Positions 42,272 to 52,127 of a DNA stretch of 64,000 nucleotides are shown here, in pieces. The position numbers and the translations under genes were made by a program. The notes beneath the pieces were generated by a model, which saw only the letters and a list, made by a program, of their open reading frames with translations, did not search any database and was not told the DNA's origin. This DNA comes from an uncultured Chloroflexia bacterium. Its GTDB lineage: Bacteria; Chloroflexota; Chloroflexia; QHBQ01; JADMIH01. The stretch lies in the NCBI GenBank assembly GCA_963797095.1, contig CAWCNY010000006.1, positions 416,001 to 480,000 on the forward strand, in the 5' to 3' direction. Numbering within the stretch: position 1 is the first letter of the stretch; each line of letters opens with the position of its first letter.

Positions 42272-42665
42272 AAACCGGGCGAATTCCCAGGCTCTTGATT
42301 AACTCTGGCAGCGTCGTCTTGCGTAGCATCGCCAGTTCTATCATGTACTAAACACGTTCCGCCTGTTGATTCTCCACATATTCGGTCAGGCGCAGCAACT
42401 CGTCATATTCGTCTGCTGTCAGGGTCTCTGCCCTACGCTTGCCAATCAGCTCATCGTAACGTGCTTGGGCCTCAAGCGGCAATTTCTGGTTGATCTTCTC
42501 CAGTAGGGCTATTTCGATTTCATCGGGCACAGGGCTGTTATACTTGGCGCGCAATGCCATGACCTGCTTGATAAACTCATCAAGCTCCGATAGCGGCAAC
42601 TGCTCGACAGCTTCCAGCAATCTTTCGGTTGTGATCTTAATCGTCACCATCTCATTTGTCCCCAA
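42264..42665 (-). pseudogene. Small helical HNH partner protein with an internal TAG
   Basis: Frame continues past TAG 42348-50 (AERV*YMIELAMLRKTTLPELIKSLG) to a TGA overlapping the HNH ATG. Confidence 0.7.
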
Positions 42666-42776
42666 TTCGAAACAAATTTGTGCTTCAATTATACTCCCAC
42701 GAAGCTGCCTTTAAGGCGAGTCGCGCTTCGCCCTACCGGAATTGTTCCTAGATAAAGGAATGCACCCCGAACCACT

Positions 42777-43280
42777 CTAGTTTACGAAAGGCACCAACTC
42801 CCACTCAATAGCCTCGTACTCAATTACCCATCGTGCCTCTGAAGCAAACACGATTTCGTGCATCACCCCTCCACCCTCCGAAAGCCTCACCTCATCCACC
42901 AGCCAATCCCCATGCGCGCCAACAAAATGAACGCCCTTAACATGTCGGAGCGAATAACTCCGCACACTCTTATAAGTCAATTCCAGGCATCCATCGTGGT
43001 ATGCCCCCAGAAGCCGCACAGAAATCTCCAGCCCACGCACCTGCTGCCGATCTCCCGATGCCGGCTCTTCAATCCGCAACGTCTCCACCCATGCGTCATG
43101 TGGACTCCTGTGATCCTGAGGATCGTAATGCCATTCGGCAGTAGCAAAGCTATAAGCAGAAGGTGGGATCTTCCCTTCCAGCGAAGCTAAATACTCCCTA
43201 TAACGCTCCCACTGTTCGCGCCAGGCATCCCAATCGGGATTGCCATGCGCGCCAACAGGATCATCAATGATGAATGACAC
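42777..43280 (-). CDS. Hypothetical protein
   Basis: 167-aa Trp/His-rich ORF, AGGAG RBS, directly downstream of the PIN gene. Confidence 0.7.
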   Translation of the reverse strand: MSFIIDDPVGAHGNPDWDAWREQWERYREYLASLEGKIPPSAYSFATAEWHYDPQDHRSPHDAWVETLRIEEPASGDRQQVRGLEISVRLLGAYHDGCLELTYKSVRSYSLRHVKGVHFVGAHGDWLVDEVRLSEGGGVMHEIVFASEARWVIEYEAIEWELVPFVN

Positions 43281-43289
43281 TCTTCTCCT

Positions 43290-43679
43290 CTAATCAACCC
43301 AGGAATACTGGATAGGCTGCTCCGCATGCAATTGCCAAATCGTCAGCCCCTGATGTGCAGCGCGCATCACACTTCCCACCCGCTTCGCCTGCGTATTGAA
43401 CTGCGGGTGGCGAAGGACACGCCGGATGAATCGGGCGGCCTCGTTAGGGCTAACGGTAAGGTAGACAAGATAATACCCGCCATGGCAGAGGCCTGGCTTA
43501 TAGAAATCCACGTCAAAAGTGAAAAATGTCGGTCGGCGCAATGTGTGCAACAGTGGAATAATATCCGAATCCTGCATTCCCGACCGCCCAATATCGAAGC
43601 CAATGTGATGAACAGCAACTCGGTGTCTTAGGAGTATCAGACGTTGGTCACTCGGCACATTCTCGTCAAGGACATTCAT
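43290..43679 (-). CDS. PIN-like toxin (DUF5615/Mut7-C-like)
   Basis: N-terminal LDENV, D.DI, TFDVDF. Confidence 0.75.
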   Translation of the reverse strand: MNVLDENVPSDQRLILLRHRVAVHHIGFDIGRSGMQDSDIIPLLHTLRRPTFFTFDVDFYKPGLCHGGYYLVYLTVSPNEAARFIRRVLRHPQFNTQAKRVGSVMRAAHQGLTIWQLHAEQPIQYSWVD

Positions 43680-43681
43680 GC

Positions 43682-43945
43682 TCAGGTAGATTGTTGGCTT
43701 AAGTCAGGCAACCGCTCAACCAAAGTCGTATCGGCTAGCATTTGGCTTGCAAGGTTCACGGCTTCTGCGATAGCCTCCTTGCTTACCCTCCCATCCCATG
43801 CTTCACTAATGCGATCCCAGTCCATACCCTCAGCAACCATTTCCAGCACCTGGAACACCATTATCCGTGTGCCAACAAAGGTAAGCTTTCCATGACATAT
43901 TTTAGGATCGGCTACTATATACTGCCCGAACATTCGTCTTTCCAT
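43682..43945 (-). CDS. DUF433 antitoxin
   Basis: IVADPKICHGKLTFVGTRI..VLEMVAEG. Confidence 0.88.
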   Translation of the reverse strand: MERRMFGQYIVADPKICHGKLTFVGTRIMVFQVLEMVAEGMDWDRISEAWDGRVSKEAIAEAVNLASQMLADTTLVERLPDLSQQST

Positions 43946-43967
43946 AGCGCCACCTCCATCCAGCCAA

Positions 43968-44792
43968 TTATACCTCCGCTTCCTCCCACACCTCGAAGCA
44001 AGGGATCCGCCCCCGCACCTCGTCCACCATCTCCATCTTCAAATCCGCCACCAGCACAACCTCCTCTTCCTCCGCCTCAGCCAGCACATTCCCCCACGGG
44101 TCAATAACCATAGAATGCCCGCCCCAGTGCGCATCATCCCCCTCCCCGCAGCGATTAGCAGCCACCACAAACAACTGGTTCTCGATCGCCCGCGCCTTTA
44201 ACAACGTGCGCCAATGCTCCAACCTCGGATAAGGCCACTCCGCCGGCACCCACAGCACCCGCGCCCCCATATACGCCAGTTGCCGCGCGCTCTCCGGAAA
44301 CCGTATATCGAAGCAAATCAGCGAAGCCCATTTTCCCCGCTCCGTCCCAACCGTCCCTCCAGGCTTCCCAGCCCGCAAATACTCCGGCTCCCGCAACAAA
44401 GGAAACAAATGCTCCTTACTATACGAAGACAGCACGCTCCCATCAGCCCCAATAGTGTAGCAAGTGCTGTAAACCCCATCCTCCCTCTTCTCCGGGAACG
44501 ACCCCCCAACAATCGCCATCCCAAGCCGCCGCGCCGCGTCCCGCAAAAACCGCAAAGTCAAATCATGGCACTCCACAGCCAATTCCTCAACCCGGTCCAG
44601 AGCATACCCAGTAGTCCACAACTCCGGCAGCAAAGTCACTTCCGCCCCCGCCTTCGCCGCCTCATTCAGCATAGCCTCCGCTCGCACGATATTCTTGCGC
44701 GGCTCCCCCGACACCACCTGCATCTGGATAGCAGCCACTCTAATCTCGGATTTCGGATTTCGGATTTCGGATTTATCCGTCTGAGTACCCAT
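43968..44792 (-). CDS. Carbon-nitrogen hydrolase (nitrilase/omega-amidase-like)
   Basis: LPELW, YSKEHL, ICFDIRFPE, ARAIENQ. Confidence 0.92.
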   Translation of the reverse strand: MGTQTDKSEIRNPKSEIRVAAIQMQVVSGEPRKNIVRAEAMLNEAAKAGAEVTLLPELWTTGYALDRVEELAVECHDLTLRFLRDAARRLGMAIVGGSFPEKREDGVYSTCYTIGADGSVLSSYSKEHLFPLLREPEYLRAGKPGGTVGTERGKWASLICFDIRFPESARQLAYMGARVLWVPAEWPYPRLEHWRTLLKARAIENQLFVVAANRCGEGDDAHWGGHSMVIDPWGNVLAEAEEEEVVLVADLKMEMVDEVRGRIPCFEVWEEAEV

Positions 44793-44893
44793 GTGTCTAT
44801 ACTCCTCCTTATGGTAGAGTGATTATAGCAAATTGCGCACAACCCCAAACTCCGCACTCCGCACTCCGCACTCCACATTCCGCACTCCGCACT
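44747..44893. repeat. Heptamer repeats: (CGGATTT)n in the gene 5' end and (TCCGCAC)n upstream
   Basis: Read directly; the first encodes KSEIRNPKSEIR. Confidence 0.85.
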
Positions 44894-44915
44894 AAAGAAC
44901 CATACCAATGGCTAC

Positions 44916-44944
44916 TTGCAAACACAGAACAAATGTGCTAAGGT
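44916..44944 (+). promoter_or_regulatory. Putative promoter with LexA-like box in the spacer
   Basis: TTGCAA-17 bp-TAAGGT; GAAC-AAAT-GTGC at 44927-44938, one mismatch to GAAC-N4-GTTC. Confidence 0.4.
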
Positions 44945-45673
44945 CCAATACAAGAAGTACTTTCAACCTCCCTGCCGCGCAGCATGGAGGACATAGAGAC
45001 AAGACTGGTGTCCCTGTGTTACTTGCGTTTTGCACCTTACCAGAGGCACAAACCAAGAGAATGGTCAGCCAGAAGTCGATGGCTCTCTCAACACCATCCC
45101 ACCGCTCCGGTCTCCCACCTCCGGCCCCTAACGGGACCAACACGGAGCAGTAATCCAGTGTGCATTCGTGTCACACCCTCTAAAGGCAAGAGGAACCCTG
45201 CGCCACAAGTACCAGTTGCGCCACAGGGACACCATCCCAAAAGCCAACCATCCACCGCTCTACTAACGATGACCCACAAGCAAACGTACCAGGAAACGCC
45301 CTGCCATCCTGAGCGAAGGATCTCGCTCTAAAAGATCGCACTTTGGCAACCAACCCACAGAGTGCCCACACCAAGCAAGGTCCCCCCACAACGCAAAAGT
45401 CAAGATGAGTTTCCAGCAAGGCCATCCTTAGCGAAGCACAATAACCAACAACCAGACAGAAAAGGAGGAAGGTGCATAAGGGCCCAAAACCCCCATGCAC
45501 CCCACTCCCCATACCCAAAACTTCGAACCCGAAACCCCCAAAAACCTTCGTGCCCTTCGCCAACTCTTCGCCTCTTCGTGTACAAAGACCCAACTACCCA
45601 CTCGCCACTCGCCACTCGCTACATCTTAAGACCTATTTTCCTCCATCTCTAATCTGAGATTAATCTTGAACTA

Positions 45674-45702
45674 TTGACATCACTTGTGAAATCTGGTACA
45701 AA
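45674..45702 (+). promoter_or_regulatory. Putative promoter upstream of the sigma factor
   Basis: TTGACA-17 bp-TACAAA with extended TG. Confidence 0.45.
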
Positions 45703-46095
45703 TATGAGTCAGGGACGAAAAGGTCAATACAACAAAGAAGGGTGTGGACAACAGAAAAACTTGGGTGCGCGGCCTATCAACATAGCGGTTGGTGCCGTGT
45801 ACATTGTCTTGGGTGGGCACATATATTGCTCCGACCTTTTCCACTCTTGTGTTTGGGAATATAGCCGCCGATGACGCCCCGGCTGAAACTTAAGGCACCG
45901 GGATCGCGTTAATAATAAGTAGGAAGTAATTCAACCTCCTACTGAATCGGCACAAAAATCGACGCTCAAATATCCCCACAACACAAAAGACCCCTGAACT
46001 GTGGAAATTGGGACCTGACCACCGGCCATTCCGGGAACGGAGGTCTCACACCTGGAGGTACATATAGAAGATATGCCTGGAGGTAAGGGGGAATA

Positions 46096-47271
46096 TTGGA
46101 GATGCTGTTAGAAACAGTTCGCCCGGCACGAGAAGACAACATGGGCTGGGCAGCAGGAAATATGGGGGCTGTGGAGGTCCTCGATTTAGAACTGGATATT
46201 CGCGAATTCGACGGCGATGAACCTGAGATGGCGGAACTGGTTTTAGCTGGAGAGGAGAGCGATATAATGAATCTGGATGCAAACCAGACAACCGTTATCG
46301 GCGGACTGGAAGATGAAGACATCCTGCACTATGAAGGTGCGACCGGATTCGACCACAAGAGCGCGGAAGACAGCGTAGGCATGTATCTGCGCGAGATTGG
46401 CCGTGTTTCTTTGCTTTCGGCTACCGAAGAGATAGCCCTCGCTATCTCAATGCAAAAGGGCAAGCGCGCCTCCGAGCGCATATCCGAAGAGCGCGAAACC
46501 CTCACCAAAGAAGAGATCAGCAAGCTACGCGCCGATGAGGCTCGTGGCCGCGCCAGCCGTCGCCGCCTCATCGAGGCCAACCTCAGGCTGGTAGTCAGCG
46601 TGGCCCGCAAGTACGCAGGCCGCGGTATCTCCCTGCTCGATCTCATTCAAGAAGGTAACTTTGGACTCCTGCGCGCCGTAGACCGCTTTGACTATCGCAA
46701 GGGTCACCGTTTCTCGACCTATGCCACCTGGTGGATACGCCAGGCCATCACCCGCGCTATCGCCGACCAGAGCCGCACCATTCGCCTTCCCGTTCACATG
46801 GTAGAGGCCGTTGGCCGCCTCACCCAGGTCTCGCACCGGCTCCAGCAGAAGCTGGGCCGTGAGCCTCTGGCCGACGAAATCGCCGAGGAAATGAACATCA
46901 CACCCGACAAGGTGCGCCAGATCGTTGGCGCGTCCCAGCAGACCGTCAGCCTCGAAATGCCCATCGGTGAGGAGGAAGACGCCTCCCTCGGCGACATCAT
47001 CGAGGACCGCAACACCATCGCTCCCGCCGATGCCGCCAGCCAGCAGATCCTCAAAGAGGAAGTGCTCGACATGCTTGGTGGCCTCACCGCCCGCGAGCGC
47101 CGCGTAATCGAGCTGCGCTACGGCCTGGAAGACGGCTACAACCGCACCCTCGCCGAGCTAGGCGATGAGTTGGGCGTCTCCCGCGAGCGCGTCCGTCAGA
47201 TAGAAGCCGAAGCCCTAACCAAGCTCCGCGCCTCCAAAGAGACCGGCCGCCTCAAAGAGTACCTGGACTAA
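46096..47271 (+). CDS. RpoD-like sigma70 factor (probably group 2 paralogue)
   Basis: [50 protein letters not shown]; no clear region 1.1. Confidence 0.9.
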   Translation: MEMLLETVRPAREDNMGWAAGNMGAVEVLDLELDIREFDGDEPEMAELVLAGEESDIMNLDANQTTVIGGLEDEDILHYEGATGFDHKSAEDSVGMYLREIGRVSLLSATEEIALAISMQKGKRASERISEERETLTKEEISKLRADEARGRASRRRLIEANLRLVVSVARKYAGRGISLLDLIQEGNFGLLRAVDRFDYRKGHRFSTYATWWIRQAITRAIADQSRTIRLPVHMVEAVGRLTQVSHRLQQKLGREPLADEIAEEMNITPDKVRQIVGASQQTVSLEMPIGEEEDASLGDIIEDRNTIAPADAASQQILKEEVLDMLGGLTARERRVIELRYGLEDGYNRTLAELGDELGVSRERVRQIEAEALTKLRASKETGRLKEYLD

Positions 47272-47284
47272 ATCCACCAATATC

Positions 47285-47324
47285 AACAGCAAGAATGGCG
47301 GCCTTGGCCGCCATTCTTGCTGTT
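47285..47324. terminator. Bidirectional hairpin
   Basis: AACAGCAAGAATGGCGGCC-tt-GGCCGCCATTCTTGCTGTT. Confidence 0.8.
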
Positions 47325-47329
47325 CCTCT

Positions 47330-48808
47330 TTACCCTCTAAGCTGAGCCGCATGCCAAGCCATCCACCCCGTCCCTGCAAAGAGCCAGCCCAGCAAAGTCA
47401 ACCCGTGCAAAAGCACCAGCACAGCGACAAACAACCACAAGCGCAGCCGGAGGTTTGGCGGTGCAGCCACTATCGCTATAGACAGAAAGCCCCCGATTGG
47501 CAACAATGCCATATACAGGTAGCGCCCTGTAGGCTGGTACTGGATGGTGAAGTTGAAACTGATCCACAGCACCAGGTTGGCCGCCACGCAGCTTGCAAGC
47601 ACAGCCAACCCCATCTTCTGTCCAACACTTAGCCCTGCAAAGTGCCTGCGCAGCCATCGCGCCGAGACATAGGCACACACCAACAACAAGGGTAGCAATG
47701 TCACGTAATACAGACTTACACCTATGCTCTCGTCACCCCACCCAAAGGTTGCCAGGAAGCTAAAGGGAGTAAGGAGCGCCAAAGACATCAGGTAGCGCGG
47801 CACTTCCCCCCACCCGTTAGCGATGATAGTAGGCCCCCAGCACTGCGCCCCATAGCGCACAGTGTTAGCGGTCCCGAACAGATCGCCATACTCTCCCAGA
47901 TTGCTCACCATCATCCAACCCGCTATCCCCAAGGCTGCCGCACCGTACAACACACCCGGCAAGACGAGCCTTCGCCATATGCTGCCCGCCCTCAGTCGGC
48001 TTATCAAGGTAAGGCTCTGTCCCTCATCGCCATCCTCGTCTGGCAACCGAAGCGCAGCCAGCAGCTGTGCGAACAACCCCACCGGTACCAAAACAGCCCC
48101 ACTCGCCTTAGTAAGCAATGCCCCACCTGCCAGAGCGCCAAGTAACAAACCTCCCGGCACGAGCATTGTGATCGGGGTGCGTATCGTGCGCAGACAAACC
48201 AGCAGAGTAGCCGCAGCGAAGAGGTTCAGCATGCCGTCGTTGTTGAGCACTCCCCCGAAGAAGCCAAACGTCGGCACAGATGACACCAACAGGGCCACAG
48301 CCAACGACAAGAGCGGTCTCGCCGTCAACTCTCGAACAGCAAGCGCGAAGAACAGGACCGTAATAGCCACCAGCACCGCCGATATGGAACGCCCCGCATA
48401 GAGGGTGCCTTCCACATCGTCAGTTGCCAATGGCGCGGCGGCAAGCGCCACAGTCAGATAGTAGAGCGGTGGCTGGTATGACTCGTAGGGCCGAGCGGTA
48501 AAAGGCGCAAGGCGCGTATAGCCGCTAGCCTCCAAATACGCAAGCGTAGTGGGCTCCGGCGGTGTGCTGTCTTCCCCGGCTGAGCAATCGGGTGCGAACT
48601 TGAAGACCGGGATTGCGGCGTTGTTGCGCACCTGCATTATATACATCAAGTGCGCGCTCTCGTCGCCCACGTTCAGAGGCGGGTTGACAAAGGCCCACAC
48701 CAGGCTCTTTGCCAGTGTAAAGAGCACCAGCGCAAGCAACCCAATACGCCACCAACGACGCTCTGTACTTTGCTCAAGACGAGTTTGCGGAGCAACCTCT
48801 ACTCCCAT
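47330..48808 (-). CDS. GT-C fold membrane glycosyltransferase (GT39/DUF2142-like)
   Basis: GDESAH, QPPLYY, NNDG, LTKAS, QPTGRY; many TM segments. Confidence 0.75.
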   Translation of the reverse strand: MGVEVAPQTRLEQSTERRWWRIGLLALVLFTLAKSLVWAFVNPPLNVGDESAHLMYIMQVRNNAAIPVFKFAPDCSAGEDSTPPEPTTLAYLEASGYTRLAPFTARPYESYQPPLYYLTVALAAAPLATDDVEGTLYAGRSISAVLVAITVLFFALAVRELTARPLLSLAVALLVSSVPTFGFFGGVLNNDGMLNLFAAATLLVCLRTIRTPITMLVPGGLLLGALAGGALLTKASGAVLVPVGLFAQLLAALRLPDEDGDEGQSLTLISRLRAGSIWRRLVLPGVLYGAAALGIAGWMMVSNLGEYGDLFGTANTVRYGAQCWGPTIIANGWGEVPRYLMSLALLTPFSFLATFGWGDESIGVSLYYVTLLPLLLVCAYVSARWLRRHFAGLSVGQKMGLAVLASCVAANLVLWISFNFTIQYQPTGRYLYMALLPIGGFLSIAIVAAPPNLRLRLWLFVAVLVLLHGLTLLGWLFAGTGWMAWHAAQLRG

Positions 48809-48870
48809 GGCTACGAGTATAGCACCTCTTCGCCTATATGTGCCCTCGAGCCAGCAGCATTGTGGTGCTG

Positions 48871-51800
48871 CTACTGTTTTGTACTTAAGGTGAGAGCATA
48901 AGCCACCGCGTCGTCAAGCGTCATCATACGTCCCGCATCCCACGCCGCTACCCAGCTATCCTCGTCAAATAGCGCCTTTGCGAGACTCATAGCATCGTCG
49001 TGCTTTGGGCGGTCAATAGGAGGCATAGGGGCGGCAATTGCTTCGCGTAGTGCGTGGGCGGCCCCATAAAGATGAGCGGCGCGAGCAGGTTGCATTTGCG
49101 CGGCGGTCGTTGCTGCCAGACCTTCGAGTGGGGCTGCCATGCCTTCTTTATCGCCCATTTCATGCCTCAACTTCAGACTTTGAGCGTAATAATCCGCTGC
49201 ACGTTCTAGCTCCCCGTCTGTAAAAGCTACTCTCCCGAGAATAACGAGGGTGTGCGCTATCCCACCTTTGTCCTTTAGAGACTGGCGGAGGGCTAAACTC
49301 TCCTCAAGCAGGAGAGATGCCCGTCGAATATCACCCTGCTCGAGAATAGCTAGCCCCAGGTTCGTGAGTGATGCCCCTATGGTCAAACTATCACCTATCT
49401 CGCGCGAAAGTGCCAGGCTTTCCTGAGCTAGAGCAATGGCATGGGCAGTATTGCCGGTGCACAACGTAGCAATGCTCAAGCTGTTCAATGACAGCGACAT
49501 GCCGCGTGTATGGCCTAATTCACTGAAAATGAGGCGCGACTCCTCTAACATGGTAATCGATCGTTCGTAGTCGCCCAGGTAAGTAGCGCCGATGCCGAGC
49601 GCGGTCAGTGAGTTGGCGATCTGCACCTTGTTGCCCAGGTTGCGTGCCACACCCAACGATTGTGCGATAAATTGGTTGGCGCGAGTGTAATCCGCCTGGT
49701 GTATCGCCAGCACACCTGCCGCGAAAAGGGCTTTGGTGCGCACGGCCCGGTAGGAGTCAGATATGCCTTGCTTCTGATTAGGGACGCGAGCGAGAGCTTC
49801 TTCCAGCCAGTGGCGGCCCTCTGTCAGGAAGGCATGAGCGAGCCAGTAGCGCCACAGCGCACCACTCAACTGGAGCGCCAGATCCAGGTCATTCTCAAGC
49901 GCCCATACCAGCGCAGTCCGAAAGTTGTACTGCTCCTCATCAAACCGTTCGAGCCAGTAACGCTGCTGCTCGGTAAACCACACTTCTTCACCTGCCGTAG
50001 CGATCGAGAGGAAGTAGCGGGCGTGCCGCGCCTGGATCTCCTGCAGATCGCCGCTTTCGGCCAGTCGTTCGGAGGCGTATTCGCGGATCATTTCAAGCAT
50101 GGTAAAGCGCGGCTCACCCGCTGTATCGAGCCGCTGGATCAGGCTCTTGTCAAGAAGCATGGCGAGGTCATCCAGTGTGTTTGGGCTCTCGCAAACTATA
50201 GCAGCAGCATCTTCGGTCCACCCTCCCGCGAATACAGCGAGGCGGGCGAATAGCGTTTGCTCCTGGGGTGTGAGGAGGTCGTAGCTCCAGCCAATCGCAT
50301 CGTAGAGGGTCTGCTGCCGAGTGGGCAGATCGCGAGCGCCTCCCACCAGCAGGCGCAGTCGCCTGTCAAGCCGGGAGAGCATAGCCTGTGGAGTAAGGAG
50401 GCGTATACGAGCTGCGGCAAGCTCTATGGCAAGTGGTATGCCCTCCAAGCGCGTGCATATCTGGGCAACAGCTATGGCGTTGTTGGGGGCAAACTCAAAC
50501 CCAGGCTGGATTGCCTTCGCCCTGGCGGTGAAGAGGGCGATAGAGGCACAGCCGGTGAGATATTCCACAGCGGGCTCGCGCGACACATCAGGCACAGCCA
50601 GGGGCGATACCGGGAAGTCATGCTCGATGGTGAGGCGGAGCAGTTCGCGGCTGGTCACCAGGATCTTGAGACCCGGTGCACTCGACAGAAGCTGAGCAAG
50701 GAGAGGTCCAGCGGTGACGACCTGTTCGAAGTTGTCGAGCACCAGAAGCAAACGTTTGTCGTGCAGATAGGCTTTGAGCGTGTCGAGGTGCGAGCGGTCG
50801 CCTGCCTGCTTGAGATCGAGAGCTTGCATGACAGCGGCCAATACCAGACCTGAATCGCGGACAGGCGCCAGCGGCACAAAGAAAACACCGTTGGGGAAAC
50901 GCACTATGCCTGAGATGTGAAGCGGTTCTCGGGGCCAGGCCAGGGCTGAGGCAACTTCAAGCGCCAGCTTTGTCTTGCCGATACCGGCGGGACCTGTGAA
51001 CGTGACTAGCCTCACGTCGGATTTCTCTATAAGGTGAAGTACTTCTTCCAATTCGCGCTCGCGTCCGATGATAGGGGAGAGCGATTCGGGGAGGTTTGTG
51101 CGTCTGGTGGCTTGTTCGGTGAGCAGCGGTTCTGCCTGCTCGAGCTGCGGAGCTGCGATCTCCCCCTTGAGAATGCGATTATACAGGCCGATAGTTTCCG
51201 GTTCGGGCTCGACGCCCAGTTCTGTGCGGATGAGCCTGGCACATTTCTCGTACTGGCGGAGGGCATTGGTGCGCCTTCCGGCGAGAGAATAGGCCAGCAT
51301 CAATTCGCGATGGGCTTTTTCGTCGATGGGGTCGTGGGCTATCAAGCGCTGAAGAGTTGCGATGCCCTTTTCATAATCTGCTTTGTTTGTGTAGACCGAG
51401 GCTGTCCGGTAGAAGGCTTCGGAGGCGGCGCGGCGGAGTGCCTCGCGCCGTGATATGGCCCACTCTTCATAGGCATCTTCAGGTAGGAGGTCGCCCCTAT
51501 ACAGGTCGAGGGCTTCTTCCAGTAGAGGAACAGGATCGGAAGCCTGCCGGGCCTGATTCAAAAGGTGGTCAAAGGCGTCTATGTCTAGCCAGGCATCTAC
51601 CAGCTTGAGAACCTCGGCATTGAGCGTGATGTAATGGGAGTCGGCGGGCCGTTGAAGGTCGGGTTCGATGATCTGGCGGAGGAAGGATAGATTGCGGTAG
51701 AGGTTGTCGCGGGCCGAGGTGAGATCGAGGTTGGGCCAGAGCAGGTCCATAGCCTGCTCTTTGTGAAGCTGGTGGTTGGGGTAAAGGGCTAGTATCTTAA

Positions 51801-51897
51801 GGAGCGCCTTCGTTTTGCGGCGCGTCCATGCAGTGGCAGGTATGGGGGTACCATCGCGCTCAAGGCGGAATTCACCCAGAAGATAGATGGCAAGCAT
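48871..51897 (-). CDS. SARP/AfsR-like regulator: wHTH-BTAD-NB-ARC ATPase-TPR
   Basis: LLGEF, YRGDLL, E.AHRELM, GPAGIGKT, LVLDNFE, LEGIPLAIELAA, TPRs. Confidence 0.9.
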   Translation of the reverse strand: MLAIYLLGEFRLERDGTPIPATAWTRRKTKALLKILALYPNHQLHKEQAMDLLWPNLDLTSARDNLYRNLSFLRQIIEPDLQRPADSHYITLNAEVLKLVDAWLDIDAFDHLLNQARQASDPVPLLEEALDLYRGDLLPEDAYEEWAISRREALRRAASEAFYRTASVYTNKADYEKGIATLQRLIAHDPIDEKAHRELMLAYSLAGRRTNALRQYEKCARLIRTELGVEPEPETIGLYNRILKGEIAAPQLEQAEPLLTEQATRRTNLPESLSPIIGRERELEEVLHLIEKSDVRLVTFTGPAGIGKTKLALEVASALAWPREPLHISGIVRFPNGVFFVPLAPVRDSGLVLAAVMQALDLKQAGDRSHLDTLKAYLHDKRLLLVLDNFEQVVTAGPLLAQLLSSAPGLKILVTSRELLRLTIEHDFPVSPLAVPDVSREPAVEYLTGCASIALFTARAKAIQPGFEFAPNNAIAVAQICTRLEGIPLAIELAAARIRLLTPQAMLSRLDRRLRLLVGGARDLPTRQQTLYDAIGWSYDLLTPQEQTLFARLAVFAGGWTEDAAAIVCESPNTLDDLAMLLDKSLIQRLDTAGEPRFTMLEMIREYASERLAESGDLQEIQARHARYFLSIATAGEEVWFTEQQRYWLERFDEEQYNFRTALVWALENDLDLALQLSGALWRYWLAHAFLTEGRHWLEEALARVPNQKQGISDSYRAVRTKALFAAGVLAIHQADYTRANQFIAQSLGVARNLGNKVQIANSLTALGIGATYLGDYERSITMLEESRLIFSELGHTRGMSLSLNSLSIATLCTGNTAHAIALAQESLALSREIGDSLTIGASLTNLGLAILEQGDIRRASLLLEESLALRQSLKDKGGIAHTLVILGRVAFTDGELERAADYYAQSLKLRHEMGDKEGMAAPLEGLAATTAAQMQPARAAHLYGAAHALREAIAAPMPPIDRPKHDDAMSLAKALFDEDSWVAAWDAGRMMTLDDAVAYALTLSTKQ

Positions 51898-51998
51898 AGC
51901 AAGAGCCTCCGGCGGGTAGCCTACCCTCACGCCCATTATAGTCCTCGCTGAGTTTTATGCAAGCACTCCTTTCCATAATTGCTTGACTTCGAGGCTAT

Positions 51999-52053
51999 GA
52001 GAGATATTTGAGAGACGATTCGAGAGAACACTGAGAGAACAGGCTGTTACGAT
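51999..52053 (+). promoter_or_regulatory. Four phased GAGAGA direct repeats followed by a -10 (SARP-type operator/promoter)
   Basis: GAGAGA at 51999, 52010, 52022 and 52033; TACGAT at 52048. Confidence 0.65.
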
Positions 52054-52127
52054 AAGGCCATAAGTTGAGCGCGGCGGGTAGCGCCGATAGCAAGAAAGCA
52101 ATCATTACCGAAAAGGAGATTACGACG

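Noticed and set aside
41834-43945. Integron cassette array
   Set aside because: No attC-like RYYYAAC..GTTRRRY stems seen between genes and no intI
44984-45657. Short ORFs in the nitrilase-sigma gap
   Set aside because: Low-complexity, repeat-derived translations without motifs
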